From Clostridiales bacterium (GTDB lineage Bacteria; Bacillota; Dehalobacteriia; UBA7702): a DNA stretch of 64,000 nucleotides. Of the stretch, positions 19,501-28,322 are shown piece after piece; position 1 is the first letter of the stretch, and each line of letters opens with the position of its first letter. Position numbers and translations under genes: made by a program. The stretch lies in contig JAXGQI010000007.1 in the NCBI GenBank assembly GCA_040766525.1, positions 3,166-67,165 of the forward strand, given 5' to 3'. Under the pieces are notes generated by a model. That model searched no databases. It was given only the letters and a program-made list of their open reading frames with translations, and had not been told where the DNA came from.

Positions 19501-20291
19501 ATGTTCAATGAAATGGGAATTTTTTATTGGTACGGCTATTTTCAACCGTTACAGTTGCGTTTGGATGAAATTAAGGCGGCAGGCTTTAACGGCGTGATGC
19601 TTTGGTGGGAAGATGAAATGGGCGAGGCGCCGGAAAAAATTAGCCATATTCCCGGCCGTGTTCGGGAACAGGGGCTCGATATCTATAATGTCCATATGGC
19701 AGGATTGGATAGCGATGAAATCTGGCAGTCCAGTCAAAGCCGGCGGCAGGCTATGTAAAACGGGTTTGCCAAACCATTGAGGAGATGGCCGATGCGGATC
19801 TGCACCAATTGGTGATCCATCTTTGTGAGCGGGGCGATATTCCCGATGCCCCCAAGGAACTTTTGTACAGTATGGAAGATATCCTTCCTTATGCGGAAGC
19901 CAATCGTACCGTGCTGGCGATTGAAAATACCTGGCGTGATGATTATCTTGATTTGGTCTTTCAGGAATTTCCCGTCAAAGAAGTGGGCTTTTGTTATGAC
20001 ACTTCTCATGGGCAGTTGAGAAGCCATCAAGGGATGTTGGAGCGTTGGGGCCATCTGCTGGTGGCGAACCATATTTCCGATAATGATTTGGTGGAAGACC
20101 GTCATTGGTTGCCCTTCGACGGGGAGATTGATTTTGCCCCTTTGATGAAGCGGCTTAGCCCGGCGGACATGCCCTATACTTTAGAAGTGGTCACCAATCA
20201 AAAGCTATACCCGAAAAGCGAAGATTTCCTTTCTGCCGCCTATGAAAAGGCCTTGAAATTGCGGGAGATGGTGCGGGAAATCGAAGGTTGA
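19501..20291 (+). pseudogene. sugar phosphate isomerase/epimerase (xylose-isomerase-like TIM barrel), one frameshift near 19750
   Basis: ORF 19474-19758 (..IKAAGFNGVMLWWED..) and ORF 19785-20291 (..LVIHL..VLAIENTW..CYDTSHG..) are consecutive parts of one ~260-aa protein. Confidence 0.7.
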
Positions 20292-20441
20292 ACCGCTGAG
20301 ACTGCAGATAAAAGCCGATAGCGTTGTCAAATCAAAGCCCCTGGCCGTAATGGTTGTCCATACTGTACTGCCCCAGGAAAAACGGACATTGAAAAGAATC
20401 CCCCAAACGTAGGATAATAAACTTACGAATGGGGGATTGTC

Positions 20442-20744
20442 ATGTCAAAAAGAAGATATACAAAAGTTCAGGAGCTGTTACCGGAAATCAAAGGAATGCT
20501 CGCGGCAGGATGTACCCATAAAGAAATTGCGGCATATTTTCAGCTGCAAGGAGATCGGCCTGTGCATCAGCTGTTAAAAAGAGAAAGAAGGAAGGAAAGA
20601 AAAGCAGAGTTCGGAATTGTACCGCGCCGCCCTGGTCGCCCGAAAAAGGATGCGGCGGAGGAAGAAAAAGAATATAAAATCAAGCGGCTAGAGATGGAAA
20701 ACCGGTTATTGCGGGATTTTCTTCGTGCCGCTGGAAGGAAGTGA
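20442..20744 (+). CDS. IS3-family transposase OrfA (HTH)
   Basis: 100 aa with an HTH plus leucine-zipper-like C-terminus (KIKRLEMENRLLRDFL). It overlaps orfB by 4 nt, and orfB is in the -1 frame. Confidence 0.85.
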   Translation: MSKRRYTKVQELLPEIKGMLAAGCTHKEIAAYFQLQGDRPVHQLLKRERRKERKAEFGIVPRRPGRPKKDAAEEEKEYKIKRLEMENRLLRDFLRAAGRK

Positions 20745-21598
20745 GGCCATCTGTCAAGTATGAAATCATCTATTTCCGCAAAAATCAATATCCGGTAGCT
20801 ACGATGTGCCGCTTCTTTGGCGTATCCCGCAGCGGTTATTACAACCATATACAGCATAGAGGTAAACCGGAGAAAGATGCTGCTTTGTCAAAAATAATTG
20901 CGGAATGTCAACAGCGCTGCGGGAGCACCTATGGATACCGTCGTGTTTGTTTATGGTTAGTGCGAGAAAAGAATTTGCGTCTTAATCCCAAGACGGTACT
21001 TCGTGTGATGAACAAATACGGACTGCTTTCAGAAATTCGCCGTACTAAGAAATATAAGCGCATGGGTCAACAGCTGCACAGATATGAGAACCTGTTAGAT
21101 CGCAACTTTATTGCTACGCGTCCTAATGCTAAATGGGTAACCGATATTTCTTACATTCATACGGCCCAAGGCGTGCTCTATTTGTCTATGATTCGCGATC
21201 TATATGATCATAGCATTGTTGCCTATCAGACCGGGACAAAACAAACCGTAAATCTTGTATTAAAAACGATTATAGCGGCAATGGAGAAAGAAGAAGTCGC
21301 TGCGGAGTTACAGCTCCACAGCGACCAAGGGCTTCAATACACTTCTCTTGGGTATTTTAACCTAACCAAAGAATATGGCATTACGCCATCGATGTCAAGA
21401 CGCGGGAACTGTTATGACAATGCCATGGCGGAAAATTTCTTCTCCATTCTCAAAACGGAGTGTATATATCGGCAGAAAATCAAAACCTTCGATGAAGCTC
21501 GATTTCTTATTGACGAATACATTGATTTCTATAATAATGAGCGTATACAAACAAAAACAAGCCTGACGCCGCTGGAAAAACGACGTCAAGCTGTCTGA
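20741..21598 (+). CDS. IS3-family transposase OrfB (DDE integrase core)
   Basis: WVTDISYI.. (D), ..LHSDQGLQYTS (D), ..GNCYDNAMAENFF (E) rve-type catalytic triad. Confidence 0.9.
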   Translation: MRPSVKYEIIYFRKNQYPVATMCRFFGVSRSGYYNHIQHRGKPEKDAALSKIIAECQQRCGSTYGYRRVCLWLVREKNLRLNPKTVLRVMNKYGLLSEIRRTKKYKRMGQQLHRYENLLDRNFIATRPNAKWVTDISYIHTAQGVLYLSMIRDLYDHSIVAYQTGTKQTVNLVLKTIIAAMEKEEVAAELQLHSDQGLQYTSLGYFNLTKEYGITPSMSRRGNCYDNAMAENFFSILKTECIYRQKIKTFDEARFLIDEYIDFYNNERIQTKTSLTPLEKRRQAV

Positions 21599-21796
21599 TT
21601 TCACGATATTCTATGTTAGGGTCTTCTTTTCCCTGTCCTTTTATTTCGGGGCAGTACAGTCTAGATACGCTGCGCGTCCAGGGACTTTGCTTTTCCTAGC
21701 TCTAGGCCTTTATCTGCAGCCTCTCATCTTGCCGACCTTGTCGACAATCTGGGCCGTGCGGTTAACCGCACGGCCTTTCGACTGTCAATAAAGTGC

Positions 21797-21986
21797 TTAT
21801 AGCTGTGTTCCAGCAAAACCGCAGACCGCTCATGTACGTCTCTGTACACGTCGCGTCCTGCGGTTTTTCTGCGCCTTGCTCTAAACCCTTTCTTGGCAGT
21901 CTCTTGTTTTATGAGAAAGCGAGGGTTTTTCGACGACCTGTCATCCTGTAGGCCAAAATCCGCTTTCAGTCTCTTTTGTCTACAGT
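21797..21986 (+). repeat. variant (type B) copy of the palindromic repeat family
   Basis: GCTTATAGCTGTGTTCCAGCAAAACCGCAGACCGCTCATGTACG...GTACACGTCGCGTCCTGCGGTTTTT... aligns to the type-A core with paired stem substitutions. Its 3' segment CGACGACCTGTCATyyTGTAGGCCAAAATCCGCTTTCAG recurs at 48438-48475. Confidence 0.6.
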
Positions 21987-21989
21987 TTA

Positions 21990-22018
21990 GCGGCCCTACC
22001 GTAGTACGGTAGGGCCGC
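21990..22018. other. perfect 13-bp GC-rich hairpin (terminator-like) between the repeat cluster and the convergent minus-strand gene
   Basis: GCGGCCCTACCGT-AGT-ACGGTAGGGCCGC, followed on the + strand by a T-rich stretch. Confidence 0.4.
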
Positions 22019-22100
22019 TTTGCTGTGTGTTTTGTTAATGTCTTCAGTCTTTGCGAAATAGATTGAGGAATTTTGCCAAAAAGAGGTGGGTGCTACTTCT

Positions 22101-24278
22101 TCATCTACTGCTTCTACCCGTTCGGCGGCAGGGGCAATTTCCGGAGTGGTTGCCATGATCTGTACCGATCGGGGAAAGCTCCTGATTCGGTGCTACAAAG
22201 GATACCGGCATAATTTTATTGTCATTTTGCAGATAGTCGCTAAATTCATCTTTGGCGGTGCTGATACCGTCTCTTAACTCTTCCTGTCCGTTGACGAGGC
22301 TTTCCGCCCCGGCGGGCATTTGGGCAACTTCTGTGGATAAAGTTGCCAAGCCTTCATTGAGGGCATTGATGCCGGGGAAAAGGCCGCCTTCGATCCCATC
22401 TTGTAATTCGGCGAAACCGAAGATCAATCCCGAAGAAGCAGATGCCATTTGGGTGAGACCTGCTTCCATGCTGCCGTATCCGTCTCCCAAAGTGGAGATG
22501 CTGTCGATATACGTTTCAATCCCGTTGGCATAGCTTTCATATCCGGTTTTTGTTTCCGCCAGCCCTTGGTCAATTTGGTCGATGGTATCGTAAATATCTT
22601 CGGAAATCGCGGTTTGTACTTGGCCGAAACCGGCGGTAATGGTCCCGGAATTCCCTGCCAGCGTAGTAAGACCGCTATCGAGGTCTGCCGCGCCGCTTTG
22701 GATCTCTTCCAGAGCCAGGACATAAGCGTCTAAACCTGACGCCAGGGTGTCGGCGGCATCGATCAGGTCTTGGATATTGCCGCTTCCGGAGGAAAGGTTA
22801 TTGAGAACCGTTCCCAAATTCTGGTTAGCGGTATCGAAGTTGCTGTTGAGCCCGGTTAGCGTTGCCGATATGCCGGATAAGGTGGCGGCTTCGTTGGGAT
22901 AATCGGCTGCGATCGTGGCTGCGACGGTATCCAGTTGATTGGGGATCGCGCTATAATTGCTTTGCAGATCGAGATAGGATTGATAGAGAGTTTGCAGGGA
23001 AGCGCCGATCTGGCTGATGCCGTCAATAGTACTCCCCAAAGCGGTGATCCCATCCGCCAAGGAATGCGCGCCGGTGGCCATTTGGTTTCCTTCGGTCACC
23101 ATGGTACTAAGCCCGTCGCTGGTGGCTCCGGCTCCCATTGCGCTTGAAGAAACCCCGTCAGCAAAGGAAGAGAGCCCGGTTCCGTATTGTTCCAGTTCCG
23201 TTTCGATCGTAGTGCGGCTTTGAGCGAGAGCGCCGGTGCCGTCTTTCAAAGCGGTGATCCCCGCACCCATTTCTTCTCCACCGTCTTTGATTGCCGTACC
23301 GTTGCTTTCCAGCTGGGTAAACCCGTCGCTGATGGCGGTGGAGGAAGTGGCGCTGCTTTGGAGCCCTGTGTTCAAGGCTTCTAGGCCAATTCCATATTGA
23401 TCAAAGCCCAAGGAGATATTTTCTTCATTCGCTGATAAGGTATTGACGCCTTCATGCAGAAGATCGATACCTGCGCTTAAATCATAAAGGCCGTCCTTTA
23501 ATTGGCCGGTGCCGTCGATCAGCTGATCCATGGCGCTGAGCATCGCTACTAAGCCGTCATCCAATTCCCCCAATTCATCCATGGCGGGCATGGAATAGGG
23601 GGACATTGCGATGGTGAAACCGCTGATTTCAAGATCTGTCGCAGTAAAATGTATCGTTGTGATCAAGTCTTGCTTCGGCAAAACGGAATAGACGAGATTG
23701 CGATCCTCTCCAACGACGACGCTGTTGGCGTCGGGCGCTTCGATCTCTTTGCACATATTTTGCGGCAAGACCAAAGTCATCTGTAAGAGGAAATTCTCAT
23801 GAAAATAGCCTTCCGTCTCTCCGTTGGCCCGGGCTTCGATATGGATGGTGACTTCGCCATCGGCAGCGATGAGATCTTCCGCGTCAACGGGTGTGCCGTT
23901 GAGCCTGTAATCAAAGTGGAATTCCCAGGGGAGCTCCGCTGTAGCCAGGGTACCGGCATAATAGAAACCATCGTCATTGGCGGTGCATTCCCAGCGGATC
24001 TCATCGCCGTTGATGACCGGGGCATTTTCGCCGCTCAAATTTTCCACCTTTGTATAGTTCCCGTAGTCGACATAGACGCCGTCCTCCGGTGTTTCGATAT
24101 GGTTAATGACGACGATGCTTATAATGCTGCCGTCGCTTGCCAAATTGATATAGACCGTTTCATCCTTTTCAAAGGATGTAATGGTATCGGCGCCATAGAG
24201 TCCTTGTGAAGAAGGGAAAAAAGCGAGGATGATCATCATGAAAGCAAGCAGGAGGGCGAAGCATTTTTTAATTTTCAT
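22101..24278 (-). CDS. secreted protein with xxxLxxG-type heptad repeats (YhgE/Pip-like central region), partner of the MMPL transporter; C-terminus probably frameshifted
   Basis: Signal peptide MKIKKCFALLLAFMMIILAFF, an N-terminal beta-rich domain, then about 450 aa of degenerate ..L.DG...L..G.. repeats. The last ~20 codons look out of frame. An alternative frame gives ..SVQIMATTPEIAPAAERVEAVDEEV.., and after a second shift the gene may end near 22044. Confidence 0.7.
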   Translation of the reverse strand: MKIKKCFALLLAFMMIILAFFPSSQGLYGADTITSFEKDETVYINLASDGSIISIVVINHIETPEDGVYVDYGNYTKVENLSGENAPVINGDEIRWECTANDDGFYYAGTLATAELPWEFHFDYRLNGTPVDAEDLIAADGEVTIHIEARANGETEGYFHENFLLQMTLVLPQNMCKEIEAPDANSVVVGEDRNLVYSVLPKQDLITTIHFTATDLEISGFTIAMSPYSMPAMDELGELDDGLVAMLSAMDQLIDGTGQLKDGLYDLSAGIDLLHEGVNTLSANEENISLGFDQYGIGLEALNTGLQSSATSSTAISDGFTQLESNGTAIKDGGEEMGAGITALKDGTGALAQSRTTIETELEQYGTGLSSFADGVSSSAMGAGATSDGLSTMVTEGNQMATGAHSLADGITALGSTIDGISQIGASLQTLYQSYLDLQSNYSAIPNQLDTVAATIAADYPNEAATLSGISATLTGLNSNFDTANQNLGTVLNNLSSGSGNIQDLIDAADTLASGLDAYVLALEEIQSGAADLDSGLTTLAGNSGTITAGFGQVQTAISEDIYDTIDQIDQGLAETKTGYESYANGIETYIDSISTLGDGYGSMEAGLTQMASASSGLIFGFAELQDGIEGGLFPGINALNEGLATLSTEVAQMPAGAESLVNGQEELRDGISTAKDEFSDYLQNDNKIMPVSFVAPNQELSPIGTDHGNHSGNCPCRRTGRSSR

Positions 24279-26356
24279 ATTTGCAGTTCCTCCTTTGCGA
24301 TAAAGTTTGATTTTCGTGTTGTTTTTGCGATGAGTTTATCCGAGATGACCAGAAGAGGCGGTAGAATAAAGATGACCATGAATCCGCTCAAGACCGCTCC
24401 GCGACCGATCAAGACGCCGATTTGGCTGATGGACGAGATCTGCGATAAGACCCCTTCCCCAAAACCGGCAACGGCTAAAATCAGTGCGGAAGTCATGACG
24501 GAGCCGCCGACAGCGGACATCGCTTCCATTGCCGCCGGTTTAGGCGCCAAGGTTCGGCGAAACTCCATATAGCGATTGCCCATCAGGATGGCATAGTCGA
24601 TGGTTGCCCCCAATTGGAGGGAGCTGACAATCAAATAGCCGATGAAAGCCGGGGAAAAATCGGTAAAATAGGGAACCGACATATTGATCCAGATGGAGGC
24701 TTCAATCACCAAGACAAGGATGATCGGGATGCTCAAAGAGCGGAAAGTGACCATGATGATGAAGGCCACGGCGATAATGGAGAACAGGGCGACGACCTTG
24801 CTGTCGGTAACGACCGTCTCCTTGATATCATTCAAACTGGTGGTGTTCCCGGCCATCAGCCATTCCCCGGGATAGTACTCTTCTGCCAGGGCTTCGATTT
24901 CTTGAGCGGCTGAAAAAGTTTGCGGCCCCTCATTTCCGATATTGAGGTAGGCGATGACGCGGCTATAGTCTTCGGATAAAAATTGTTCCCGTACCGATTC
25001 CGGGAGAAATTCTCTGGGGATCGCCGGGTCCGTTACGGTGGTGAGCCCTTGGACGCTGCGAACATAAGATAATTCCTCCAAGGCGTCGCAGAAAGCGTTC
25101 TCTTGGGCGACGCTGTCATTGGGGATGAGGATCATGACCGGGCTGAAATAGCCGAATTGATCCGAGATTTTTTCCCGCTGTTCTTGGGCGTCCCCGGCCT
25201 GCGCGCTGCCGGCGGAATCGCCGTAAAGGAAATTATTATTGCTTTGCGCAAGGTATGAGGGAGCCAGAAGCAGGAGCAAAAGGATGAAAATGGGCCACCG
25301 CAAGCGGACGGTCCACTTTCCCATACCTTTAAATTTCGGCAAAAACGGTTTGTGCCGCGTCTTGTCGATGAGTTTATTAAAAACGATGATTAACACCGGT
25401 AGCAGCGTGATCGTACAGAGAAAACTAAAGAAAATCCCTTTTGCCAGTACCAAACCGATATCCTGACCGATCTTATATTCCATGAAGACCAAAGCGGTAA
25501 ATCCGGCGATGGTGGTTAAGGCGCTGGCGGAAATAGAGGAAAAAGAGCTCCGCATGGCTTTGGATAAAGCGTGATGTAAATCGAGGCCGCTGTCTTTTTC
25601 TTCCAAATAGCGGTGCATGAGAAAAAGGGAATAGTCAAGAGAGATCGCCAATTGGAGCACAGCGCAAATTCCTTGGGTGATAAAGGAGATCTCCCCGAAA
25701 ATCAGATTTGTCCCCATATTGAGGGCGATGGCAACGCCGATGACGATTAAATAGGGTAACGGTTCGATCCAGGAACGCCCGGCAAGCATCAAGATCAAAA
25801 TACATAATGGAACCACGACGAGAACGATGCGGCCCATTTCCGTATTGAGGACGGAACGCATGAAGCGGCTGTCTTCCGCCGCACCGATAATCGGCGTTTC
25901 CTCCGAAAGCAGGTTGCGAATTTCTATGATTGCCATCCCCGTAGCGATGCTATAATCATTTTCGGCGAATTCGACTAAGAAGAGGGCATTATTATTGAGA
26001 TAATAATCATTGAGCAACCCTTGGTCGATAAATTCCAAGGGCTGATGGATATCGGCCATATCATCCAGCCAGATCACATTGGCGACGCCGTCAATAGCGG
26101 CGATTTGGCGCTTGACCTCTTCGGCTTCGATCAGGCTGACATCTTCGATCATGATTTGGGCCGTGCCGGGATAACCGAAGTCTTGCTTCAGGATCGTGAT
26201 CGCTTTTTGTGTTTTGCTTTCTTCCGGCAGATATTTGGCCAGATCATAGTTGACCCCGACTTGTAAGGCGAGAAAAAAACCAACAATCACAAGGACGGCA
26301 AAAACAACCATAATCGGGATATGGTATTTTTGATAGAATGCGACAAGGTTTTTCAT
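24275..26356 (-). CDS. MMPL-domain (RND superfamily) membrane transporter
   Basis: The start is trimmed to MKNLVAFYQKY (ATG 26356 after GAGGAG). Two 5-6 TM bundles separated by large extracytoplasmic loops. The stop overlaps the downstream gene start. Confidence 0.85.
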   Translation of the reverse strand: MKNLVAFYQKYHIPIMVVFAVLVIVGFFLALQVGVNYDLAKYLPEESKTQKAITILKQDFGYPGTAQIMIEDVSLIEAEEVKRQIAAIDGVANVIWLDDMADIHQPLEFIDQGLLNDYYLNNNALFLVEFAENDYSIATGMAIIEIRNLLSEETPIIGAAEDSRFMRSVLNTEMGRIVLVVVPLCILILMLAGRSWIEPLPYLIVIGVAIALNMGTNLIFGEISFITQGICAVLQLAISLDYSLFLMHRYLEEKDSGLDLHHALSKAMRSSFSSISASALTTIAGFTALVFMEYKIGQDIGLVLAKGIFFSFLCTITLLPVLIIVFNKLIDKTRHKPFLPKFKGMGKWTVRLRWPIFILLLLLLAPSYLAQSNNNFLYGDSAGSAQAGDAQEQREKISDQFGYFSPVMILIPNDSVAQENAFCDALEELSYVRSVQGLTTVTDPAIPREFLPESVREQFLSEDYSRVIAYLNIGNEGPQTFSAAQEIEALAEEYYPGEWLMAGNTTSLNDIKETVVTDSKVVALFSIIAVAFIIMVTFRSLSIPIILVLVIEASIWINMSVPYFTDFSPAFIGYLIVSSLQLGATIDYAILMGNRYMEFRRTLAPKPAAMEAMSAVGGSVMTSALILAVAGFGEGVLSQISSISQIGVLIGRGAVLSGFMVIFILPPLLVISDKLIAKTTRKSNFIAKEELQI

Positions 26357-26363
26357 GCTCTCC

Positions 26364-26942
26364 TCACTTCCAGTCTTTGACATCACCGAGGAAAATGTGA
26401 ATAATGCGGCTGACGCGTTCGGTTAGCATGCGCACATCACCGTTATATTCCCGAAAAACCTTGAACATGGACGCCGCAATAGCGGAAGCCAGGATCTCCA
26501 TGATCAGCGGATCCTGTTTATCGCTGGGAAGCGCAGGGAGAAGATCAAGAGACAACCGTTCGCAGATGAGGATCTCCACATCCTCCCGTACGCCGGTATT
26601 GGGCGCGCCGATTTCATTGCTCATCAAAATCATGAACTGTTTTTGCCGCGCTAAAAAGACGCGGGTCAGATTTGCGGCCAGCTGTTGGATATGATCCGTA
26701 TCCCATTTTTCATAACTGTCTTCTTGGTTTTGGATGATTTGCTTGATATCTTCCCAAGCAGGTTCCACAACGGCCCAGAAAAGAGCTTCCTTATTTTCAA
26801 AATAACGGTAGATATTCCCGACGGTGATATTTGCGCTATTGGCGATTTGCCGTAAAGAAGTATGTTGATACCCCCAGGAAAATAGGGATTCTTCCGCAGC
26901 TTGGAGAATGCTGTTCCGGACGGATTCTTTTTGTATCTGCAT
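26364..26942 (-). CDS. TetR/AcrR-family transcriptional regulator
   Basis: The start is trimmed to MQIQKESVRNSILQAAEE.. (ATG 26942 after GGAGG). The HTH TSLRQIANSANITVGNIYRYFENKEALF is the TetR signature. It lies 7 nt upstream of the MMPL start. Confidence 0.9.
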   Translation of the reverse strand: MQIQKESVRNSILQAAEESLFSWGYQHTSLRQIANSANITVGNIYRYFENKEALFWAVVEPAWEDIKQIIQNQEDSYEKWDTDHIQQLAANLTRVFLARQKQFMILMSNEIGAPNTGVREDVEILICERLSLDLLPALPSDKQDPLIMEILASAIAASMFKVFREYNGDVRMLTERVSRIIHIFLGDVKDWK

Positions 26943-27055
26943 AAATAAACCTCCGTTCATTATTAAAATAGCATTGGTCCTGTTAAAAGTCAATGAAGAT
27001 TTTGGGAAGATTTCTGTTTTGTATGCCTTTTTAAAAAATAGATAATAAAAAATTG

Positions 27056-27118
27056 TTGACAAAAAGCGGGAGGGCGTATAATATAGTTAACAAGGTTAGA
27101 TATTTACCAAGTAAACTA
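27056..27118 (+). promoter_or_regulatory. putative promoter and palindromic operator upstream of the MarR gene
   Basis: TTGACA (27056-27061), 15 nt, TATAAT (27077-27082). It is followed by the near-palindrome TAGTTAACAAGGT (27084-27096) / ACCAAGTAAACTA (27106-27118). Confidence 0.5.
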
Positions 27119-27134
27119 TAGGAGGGGCCGATTG

Positions 27135-27608
27135 ATGCGCTATACCAAGCAGACCCAAAAATATTTTGACGCCCTCCAGGAGATGACTGCCATTAATCAA
27201 AGGATCAGCAATGGAGGCAAGCTCACCAAGAGCGAGCTTATGATGATCATCACGATTGGCAAATATATGGACCGTCCTTATGGCGTGAAATCCTCGGAGT
27301 TGAGCCGTGAATTAAAAGTTTCTACGGCGGCGATTTCTAAAATGCTGCGTGTTTTGGAAAAGAAAGGGCTGATCGAGCGGAACAGCGATCAAAATGACCG
27401 CAGAGTGGTGTATGTTCGTTTGACTTATTCCGGGGACGATGCGTTTCTGGAGGCCATGGGGGAAAGAGAAGATTTGCTGGAAAAAGTTTTTCAACGGATG
27501 GGGAAAGAGAATGTTGAAAACTTTCTTTCCATGTGGACGTCATTCAATCATCTCATGGAGGAAGAGTATAAAAAGAAGAAAACAGAATCAAAGAGAGGGA
27601 ATAAGGAG
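27135..27608 (+). CDS. MarR-family transcriptional regulator (no stop codon before the next gene in the sequence as given)
   Basis: ..SSELSRELKVSTAAISKMLRVLEKKGLIERNSDQNDRRVVYVRLT.. winged-helix MarR core. The frame runs on into the ATG at 27609. Another frame ends in a TGA overlapping that ATG (ATGA), which suggests a late frameshift. Confidence 0.75.
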
Positions 27609-28295
27609 ATGAAAACAGTTTTTGTTGAAGGCGGGAATCATCCCTTTACGCCGGCGGATGTTTTGGAAAGAATGGGGATGCCCCGAGATCATCAGTTCGG
27701 CGAGAAGTTGGCGCTTGTCCTTGAGAAAGCGGCGGCCATTGCGAAACCGAAAGCGTTCTATATGGAAATGAAGATTGAGAAGCGGACCGATCATTCTGTT
27801 ACCATCGGCGGTCAGACCTTCCAAAGCACGGCACTGGCAAAGAATCTTGCCGAGGTCGACGTTGTTTATCCATATCTTTGTACCTGCGGAAAAGAACTGA
27901 TGGAATATGCCGAAAGCTTGGATGATATGATGGAGCAATATGCTTTCGATACCATTATGGATATGTACAGAAAAGAAGCCCTTGTCGCAATGACGGCAGC
28001 GCTCTCAATTCTTTAGAAGAAGGTGGTCAGACCTCCGCTGTCAATCCGGGGTCCCCTCACAGATTGGCCACTCCATGAGCAAACCAAGCTCTTTACTCTT
28101 TTTGATGAAAATGCCGTGAAAATCGGTGTTTCTTTATCCGATAGTTGTATTATGTACCCCATCAAAAGCGTTTCCGGTATCCGTTACCCGACAAGTACGA
28201 CTTTCCATAATTGCGCACTTTGTCAGAAAAAGAGCTGTCCGGATCGAGAGATACCTTTTGATCAAGAAGTATACAAAAGAACCATGCAAGAATAG
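27609..28295 (+). pseudogene. protein resembling the vitamin-B12-dependent methionine synthase activation-domain family, at least 2 frameshifts (~27995-28060)
   Basis: MKTVFVEGGNHPFTPADVLERMG.. continues after the shifts as ..SAVNPGS.. / ..LTDWPLHEQTKLFTLF..IGVSLSDSCIMYPIKSVSGIRY.. (ORF 28023-28295). The family assignment is from memory of these conserved segments. Confidence 0.55.
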
Positions 28296-28322
28296 AACTT
28301 GCTTGACTGAAGGAGGGTTATC

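Larger units (their letters stand above)
20364..21658 (+). mobile_element. IS3-family insertion sequence no. 1 (~1.3 kb)
   Basis: TG...CA termini (TGTACTGCCCCAGG... / ...CGGGGCAGTACA) with overlapping orfA/orfB in the 0/-1 frame arrangement. The junction is too diverged to call a target duplication. Confidence 0.85.
20298..21750 (+). repeat. palindromic repeat family, copy B, split by an IS3-family element
   Basis: Left arm 20298-20363 (GAGACTGCAGATAAAAGCCGATAGCGTTGTCAAATCAAAGCCCCTGGCCG..). Right arm 21659-21750 (..TAGATACGCTGCGCGTCCAGGGACTTTGCTTTTCCTAGCTCTAGGCC..GTCGACAATCT). Confidence 0.8.

Noticed and set aside
27135-28016. 294-aa ORF as a genuine MarR / B12-activation-domain fusion protein
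   Set aside because: An RBS-like GAGAGGGA and an ATG (27609) sit exactly at the domain boundary, and another frame ends in a TGA overlapping that ATG (ATGA coupling). The continuous frame is more likely the by-product of a late indel in marR than a true fusion. It remains unproven either way.
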